Of a DNA stretch of 64,000 bases, positions 58,960 to 64,000 are shown one piece after another. The notes beneath the pieces were generated by a model. That model was not told where the DNA came from and ran no database searches. It was given only the letters and a program-made list of their open reading frames with translations. The first letter of the stretch is position 1. The number at the start of each line of letters is the position of its first letter. Position numbers and translations under genes: made by a program. The stretch is taken from the NCBI GenBank assembly GCA_965263035.1, contig OZ253580.1:1216001-1280000 (forward strand), read 5' to 3'. The DNA is from Acidobacteriota bacterium. GTDB lineage: Bacteria; Acidobacteriota; UBA6911; RPQK01; JAJDTT01.

Positions 58960-59823
58960 TCATTGTGCCGAAGCCGGTGATGGGGCCGCGGCCGGCAACC
59001 GCGGCCAGGCCATGACGGTCATGGGCAGGGCGATCGGGGACTTTGTCGCGACCACGTCTGCCCGGAGCCGCTCCGGCAGTGTCGCCACGTCCACCTCTTC
59101 GGCGGTCGCGATTCCGAAATGCTCCAAAAGGGGAAGCACACTCTGCACGCTGTCGGCAACGTATTGGTATCCCGGCCATCCGGGCCAACCGCCGGCCAAA
59201 GCCGTGTATTCCAGGTGAGGCTCGGGCAGACCGGCATCGATATAGGTGCGGTACAGACGGTAAGCCAGATCGGCATGGGCACCCGACTGGTTGAACACAC
59301 CGACCGTCCAATCGACCAGCACGTCCGCCAATGGAGTATCCAGAACATGCGGTAGGCGATTCGGACTGAAACTGATCTCGTGGAAGGCCACGATGCCTCC
59401 CGGGCGAACGCGGGTGGCCAGATGCTTGAGAGCTTCGGCCGGATCGGCCAGGTACATGAGCACGAACCGGCCGATCAAGGCGTCGAAGTCGTTCCCCAGG
59501 TCCAGGGTCCGCGCGTCCCCGGCCACGAACTCGACATTGTTGTGCCCGGCTCCCTCGACGCGAGCCCGAGCCGTTTCCAAGATCCCCGGGTTGACGTCCA
59601 CGCCCACGACTTGGCCTTCCGAGCCTACCAGTTCGGCCGCGGCCATCGCCACGTCGCCCGCTCCACTGCCGATATCCAGGACCCTCATTCCACCGGCCAG
59701 GCCCGCTTCCGAAAGCATGCGCCGGGTCATGCCCGAATAGAGTTTCGATTGACGGACCAAGCGGTCCGTCTCGGCCTGGGTGCGGCCCATGGTGTAGGTT
59801 GCGCCTTCTTTTCGGTTGCTCAT
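58960..59823 (-). CDS. Class I SAM-dependent methyltransferase
   Basis: RVLDIGSGAGDV, VVGVD, FD...GRFVLMYLADP, RPGG. Confidence 0.9.
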   Translation of the reverse strand: MSNRKEGATYTMGRTQAETDRLVRQSKLYSGMTRRMLSEAGLAGGMRVLDIGSGAGDVAMAAAELVGSEGQVVGVDVNPGILETARARVEGAGHNNVEFVAGDARTLDLGNDFDALIGRFVLMYLADPAEALKHLATRVRPGGIVAFHEISFSPNRLPHVLDTPLADVLVDWTVGVFNQSGAHADLAYRLYRTYIDAGLPEPHLEYTALAGGWPGWPGYQYVADSVQSVLPLLEHFGIATAEEVDVATLPERLRADVVATKSPIALPMTVMAWPRLPAAAPSPASAQ

Positions 59824-59927
59824 ATCTCTCCCAGTGGGTCACTTGGACCGCGTTGGCGAGGGTTTCGTGGTGTCGCGGGTTGAAAGCGGCTGTCCATGCT
59901 GCCGCAAGGAGACAACGGCGGGTCCGA

Positions 59928-61271
59928 CTAGATCAGCTCGGGGAGCGGTTCTCCCGTGAGGTCGTCGAGGGCGTTGGCGATCTTGAGAGGGCGTCCGACG
60001 GGCGTCATGTATTCCTTGTGCCAGTCGATCCCCAGGGCCTTGTAGACGGTGGCGAAGATGTCGCCGATGCTGACCTCGCGCTCCACGATGAACGCCCCCC
60101 GGTCGTCGCTCCGGCCCACAACCGTACCGGTCTGCAGGCCCCCGCCACCGAGCGCTATGGACCAGCACTGGGGCCAATGGTCCCGGCCCAAACCGGGATT
60201 GAGGTGGGGAGTCCGCCCGAACTCTCCCATGACCAGCACCACGGTCGAATCGTAGAGGCCCCGTTCGCTGAGGTCGTCGATAAGGGCGGAAAGGGAGCGG
60301 TCCAACGGCGGCGTCAGGCGGTCCCGGTGTCCCTCGTCGTTCTTGCCGTGGGTATCCCAGGAATTGCCGTGAAAACCGGCCGCGGTGACGAACCGGCTGC
60401 CCGCCTCCACCAGACGCCGGGCCAGCAGCATGCTCTGCCCCACCGAATCGCGCCCATACACATCGCGCGTCTTTTCCGACTCCTTGGACAGGTCGAAGGC
60501 ATCGCGCACCTGGGGCGCCAGGATCATCTCCCAGGCCTTGTCCATGAAGGCGTCCATGCTGGCGTGTTTCAGGCTTTCCACCCGCTTTCGGTAGATCCGG
60601 TCCACCGAGTCCAGGAACAGGCGACGATTCTCCAACACGGCCGGACTCAGCGACTTGGGCAGGGTCAGGTTCGGGACCTGGAAATCCTCCTTGGAGGGGT
60701 CCGGGATGGTCATGGGCATGTAATCCGGCCCCAGGAACGCGGAACGGAAGAAATCCTGGTACTGGCGGTTGCGCTCCCAACGCGGGACGATGACGTACGG
60801 AGGCAGTCCGTTGGAAGGTCCCATCTCCTTGGCCACGATGGACCCCAGGCTGGGAAACTCCATGGCCGGATTGTGGCGGTGGCCCGTGATGGAGTAGTGG
60901 ACCGCCTGGGGATGGTCGTTGCCGAAAGACTTGATGGAACGAACCAGCGCCAGCTTGTCCATCCGCTGGGCCAGCCGGGGCAGCAGCTCCGAGATCTGGA
61001 TGCCGTCGACGTTGGTGGCAATGGGGCGGAAGGAACTGTTGGTCTTGGGGTCCCAGGTGTCGATCTGGCTGGGACCTCCCTCCAGCCACACCAGAATGCA
61101 GGCCTTGGCCTTCGCCTCGGACAGATCTGCGCCGGCCGTCTTGAGAGCCGCCTCGAGCTGCAGGAACTGGCTCAGATGGGCGCCCAGAAACCCCAGCGAG
61201 CCGACCCGGATGAAGTCACGCCGACTCCAGTAACCCTGGGGTCTTCTTAGGCATCCAACCTGTTTCAACAT
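59928..61271 (-). CDS. DUF1501 family protein (Tat-exported)
   Basis: SRRDF, WLEGGPSQIDTWDPK, LLARRLVEAG, WDTH, GEFGRTP, GRDHWP. Confidence 0.92.
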   Translation of the reverse strand: MLKQVGCLRRPQGYWSRRDFIRVGSLGFLGAHLSQFLQLEAALKTAGADLSEAKAKACILVWLEGGPSQIDTWDPKTNSSFRPIATNVDGIQISELLPRLAQRMDKLALVRSIKSFGNDHPQAVHYSITGHRHNPAMEFPSLGSIVAKEMGPSNGLPPYVIVPRWERNRQYQDFFRSAFLGPDYMPMTIPDPSKEDFQVPNLTLPKSLSPAVLENRRLFLDSVDRIYRKRVESLKHASMDAFMDKAWEMILAPQVRDAFDLSKESEKTRDVYGRDSVGQSMLLARRLVEAGSRFVTAAGFHGNSWDTHGKNDEGHRDRLTPPLDRSLSALIDDLSERGLYDSTVVLVMGEFGRTPHLNPGLGRDHWPQCWSIALGGGGLQTGTVVGRSDDRGAFIVEREVSIGDIFATVYKALGIDWHKEYMTPVGRPLKIANALDDLTGEPLPELI

Positions 61272-61322
61272 GGGAGTACCCTTGCCGCCACTTTACACGC
61301 TACGTCCCGATTGTCGCAATTC

Positions 61323-63938
61323 TCAGTGGTTCTCCGCAAACTCCCGCGAGCTGAGAATGGCCCACTGGAGGTCCCGAAGGGCCTGTCCGCGATCGGGGGT
61401 CCGGGCGATCAGAGTGGACAGTTCGTCCGATTCGGCCCGAATGGGATACCGGCTGAAGGCGGCCAGATAAAGATCCGCGATGATTTCGCCGTCGGAGGTC
61501 CCTCTCTGGAAATGGTCGTACACGCGGGACCCCTCGGCCCACAGCTTGTCGTTGTAGGTCGATCCCACCAGGATGTGCAGCGCCTGGCTCAGCATCGGCT
61601 CCGAGTCCCGCTCGGGTACCGAAAAGCGGGTGGGGCGTCCAAAAATATCCAGAAAGGAGGAGGCGTAGACGTCCGGTTCCTTCAGCTGAACCGCACGAGC
61701 GCCGCGGGGGGCCGCTCCGTCTCCGACGCCGGAGAAGGCGGGGACGGGAAAATGCTCCGGAACCCCCGTCACGTCGCAAATGGCGTCCAGCAGGATTTCG
61801 GCTTCCAAGGGACGCGAAGGGGCGTAAGCATAGGTCGGCAGGTCGGCCGGTTGCGTTCCCCGGTTGGAGCTGGAGAGTTGATAGGTCCGGGAACGCACGA
61901 TCATCCGGAACAGTTGTTTCAGATCGTAGTCGTTCTCTTCGAAGTACCGGGCCAGTTGCCTCAGCAGCTTCGGGTGGCTCGGCGGATTGTTGCTGCGGAA
62001 GTCGTCCACCGGCTCCACCAGGCCCCGGCCGAAGAAGTAGCTCCACATCCGATTGACGGCGGCCTCGGCGAAGTAGGGGTGGGAGGTCATCCAGCGGGCC
62101 AATTCGCCGCGGGGGTAGTTGGTGGGCGTGTGCGCCACCCGGGTCCCGTCCAGCAGCACCGGGTCGATCTCCTCGCCCGTGCGCGGGTTGCGCACGCGCT
62201 TGTCGTTGGGGCTGGGAACGTCCGGGGCCACTTCCATGCCGTTGGGGTGATCGAAAATCACCGACTCCGGATTCCCGCCCAGCTTGAACATGGAGCCGAA
62301 GAAGGCCGTCATCCCCCAGAACTGATTCTGGGTCCAACGCTCGTAGGGGTGATCATGGCACTGAGCGCAGTCCAGCCGGCGCCCCAGGAACACCCGCACC
62401 TGCTCACCCATCATGTTCTCCGGAGGGGGCACCACCAGGTAGGGCAGATAGTGGCGGGAAGCCGCACTGTACCCCTGGGACGAGACGCGCTCCCGGGCCA
62501 CCTCGTCATAGGGCCGGTTGCGCTCGACGGCATCCCGGATCCACTCCCAGTACGCCTGACTCCACTTGGCGTTGATGCCCAGGGCGAAGACCGACACGCG
62601 GAAGAGGTCGGCAAAACGAAAGGTCCAATAGTCCACGTACTCGGGAGACGCCAACAGAGCCTCGACGACTTGCTCCCGCTTGAGGGGGTCCGGGTCGGCC
62701 AGGAATTCCCGGACCCGGGCCACGGGAGGAATCCGGCCGGTCAGGTCGAGGCAGACCCGGCGCAGGAACTCCGAGTCGCTCGACGGCTCCGAGGGGACGA
62801 TATTGAACCGGCGGAGCTTGGCGAAGACCCGCTCATCGATGAAGTTGTGGGGGCGGAGTTCCGGATAGTCCGCCACCCGGTCGCCCACCACACCGATGTT
62901 CCCCAGGACCTCCTGGCCCGCTCCGCGCACCAGGACCGCCGTCTCGCCGCCGTTGCGAGCCGTCACCAGGCCGCTGGGAGAGATCGCGGCCACGGAACCG
63001 TGATTCACGTCGAATCGGACCCGGCCCGTGTAGTCCTCGACACTCCCGTCCGACAGATGGGCGCTCACCACCAGTTGCTGCCGCTCTCCCTGCCGCAGAA
63101 TCGCCTCCCGGGGGTACACCTCCATCTTGACCACCTTCACCCGTTCGGAGTCCTTCTCTCCGTAGGGGGAACCCTGGCGGATCCAGTCCATAAGCAGCGC
63201 GTATTCCTTCGACTCCGGGTCGATTAGCGGCCCGCCGACATGGGGGACCTGCATGGTGGGCTTCTGCAGGAGAAGGCTCTTCTCGGGCCGGTCCAGATCA
63301 ATTCGGGGGATTCTCGGCTCACCCGGCTCGTCGGTCAGGACCTGATACATCCCTCCTTGGACGATCCACTCGTAGTCCTGCCTGGGATGGGATCCGTTCA
63401 TCGACAGCTTGAAGCCCCCCCGGCCCTTGAGCCCGGAATGACATTCGGTCTGGTTGCAACCTCGCCGGGTCAGGACGGGGAGCACGTCGCGTGAGAAATG
63501 GAACGGCCTCGTCCGGTTCGAGTCCTCCACCCGTAGCCGGGCCTTGGCTTCATGTGTCCCGAGGACGGCCGTGACTTCGGTCTCACCGTCGGCGACGGCG
63601 ACGATCCGCCCCCCCTCCTGCGGCTGCGCCACGTTGGGGTCCGAGAGAGAAAACGAGGCCTGAGCCGTCAGGTCCTTCCGGCTGCCGTCGGACAGCGTGC
63701 CCATCAGCAGGTACTGCTGAATGGCGTTCTCGCCTCGCAGAGTCCGCTCTTCGGGATACAGGTGCACACCGACGATCGAGGCGTCGAACGAAGCCTCGGC
63801 CGCTGGAGACCCGACGGCGGCGAAGACCGCGGGTGGGGGTCCCGTCCCGCCGGCCGCGGACAGACCTGCAGCCATGCTCACGATCCAGCAGAGGCCGCGG
63901 CGGCCAACCCAACCATTCAAGCCCGGGGATGAACTCAT
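61323..63938 (-). CDS. DUF1549/DUF1553 protein with Ig-like (Big_2) domains
   Basis: GCN...CH..KG.GGFKLS, FLRRVCLDLTG, CAQCHDHPY, VNRMW..FFGRGLVEPVDD, SREF..NH. Confidence 0.9.
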   Translation of the reverse strand: MSSSPGLNGWVGRRGLCWIVSMAAGLSAAGGTGPPPAVFAAVGSPAAEASFDASIVGVHLYPEERTLRGENAIQQYLLMGTLSDGSRKDLTAQASFSLSDPNVAQPQEGGRIVAVADGETEVTAVLGTHEAKARLRVEDSNRTRPFHFSRDVLPVLTRRGCNQTECHSGLKGRGGFKLSMNGSHPRQDYEWIVQGGMYQVLTDEPGEPRIPRIDLDRPEKSLLLQKPTMQVPHVGGPLIDPESKEYALLMDWIRQGSPYGEKDSERVKVVKMEVYPREAILRQGERQQLVVSAHLSDGSVEDYTGRVRFDVNHGSVAAISPSGLVTARNGGETAVLVRGAGQEVLGNIGVVGDRVADYPELRPHNFIDERVFAKLRRFNIVPSEPSSDSEFLRRVCLDLTGRIPPVARVREFLADPDPLKREQVVEALLASPEYVDYWTFRFADLFRVSVFALGINAKWSQAYWEWIRDAVERNRPYDEVARERVSSQGYSAASRHYLPYLVVPPPENMMGEQVRVFLGRRLDCAQCHDHPYERWTQNQFWGMTAFFGSMFKLGGNPESVIFDHPNGMEVAPDVPSPNDKRVRNPRTGEEIDPVLLDGTRVAHTPTNYPRGELARWMTSHPYFAEAAVNRMWSYFFGRGLVEPVDDFRSNNPPSHPKLLRQLARYFEENDYDLKQLFRMIVRSRTYQLSSSNRGTQPADLPTYAYAPSRPLEAEILLDAICDVTGVPEHFPVPAFSGVGDGAAPRGARAVQLKEPDVYASSFLDIFGRPTRFSVPERDSEPMLSQALHILVGSTYNDKLWAEGSRVYDHFQRGTSDGEIIADLYLAAFSRYPIRAESDELSTLIARTPDRGQALRDLQWAILSSREFAENH

Positions 63939-63942
63939 TCCC

Positions 63943-64000
63943 TCACTCCTCTCGGTGCGCCTCTCTGGTGGGGAGCACCATGACGAACAGGTCCTTGACC
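63943..64000 (-). CDS. 3' end of an upstream gene (truncated by window)
   Basis: Open frame VKDLFVMVLPTREAHREE* ending a few nt before the next ATG. Confidence 0.4.
   Translation of the reverse strand, partial: VKDLFVMVLPTREAHREE

Overview
GC-rich (~63-65%) bacterial chromosomal window, probably Acidobacteriota (inferred from the stand-alone Fis-like HTH, the Oar-type TonB-dependent receptor and the DUF1501/DUF1549-DUF1553 pairs). Housekeeping backbone: smc (3' end), purC-PHP-cvpA-HTH operon, CIRCE-controlled groESL, ArnT-like GT39, cysS, lysine 6-aminotransferase, yraN, msrB, tRNA-Gly, sthA, class I fumarase, ActP-like symporter and a K+ channel. Accessory content includes a complete N-methylglutamate (methylamine) cluster (mgsABC, soxDAGB/mgd, gmaS), a decayed defence patch (CARF/RtcR-like fragment plus two broken STAND-like ATPases, intact AbiE), many toxin-antitoxin modules with palindromic operators, three copies of a ~160-bp ERIC-like MITE and a diverged 1.6-kb tandem duplication of an amidohydrolase gene pair. 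The best candidate for a new system is at 10701-15454: a BrnT-family RNase toxin gene with one in-frame amber stop, translationally coupled to a 1483-aa protein whose N-terminus is a BrnA antitoxin peptide fused to a sacsin-like GHKL ATPase and an SF2 helicase. All calls rest on motif recognition by eye; no searches were run.
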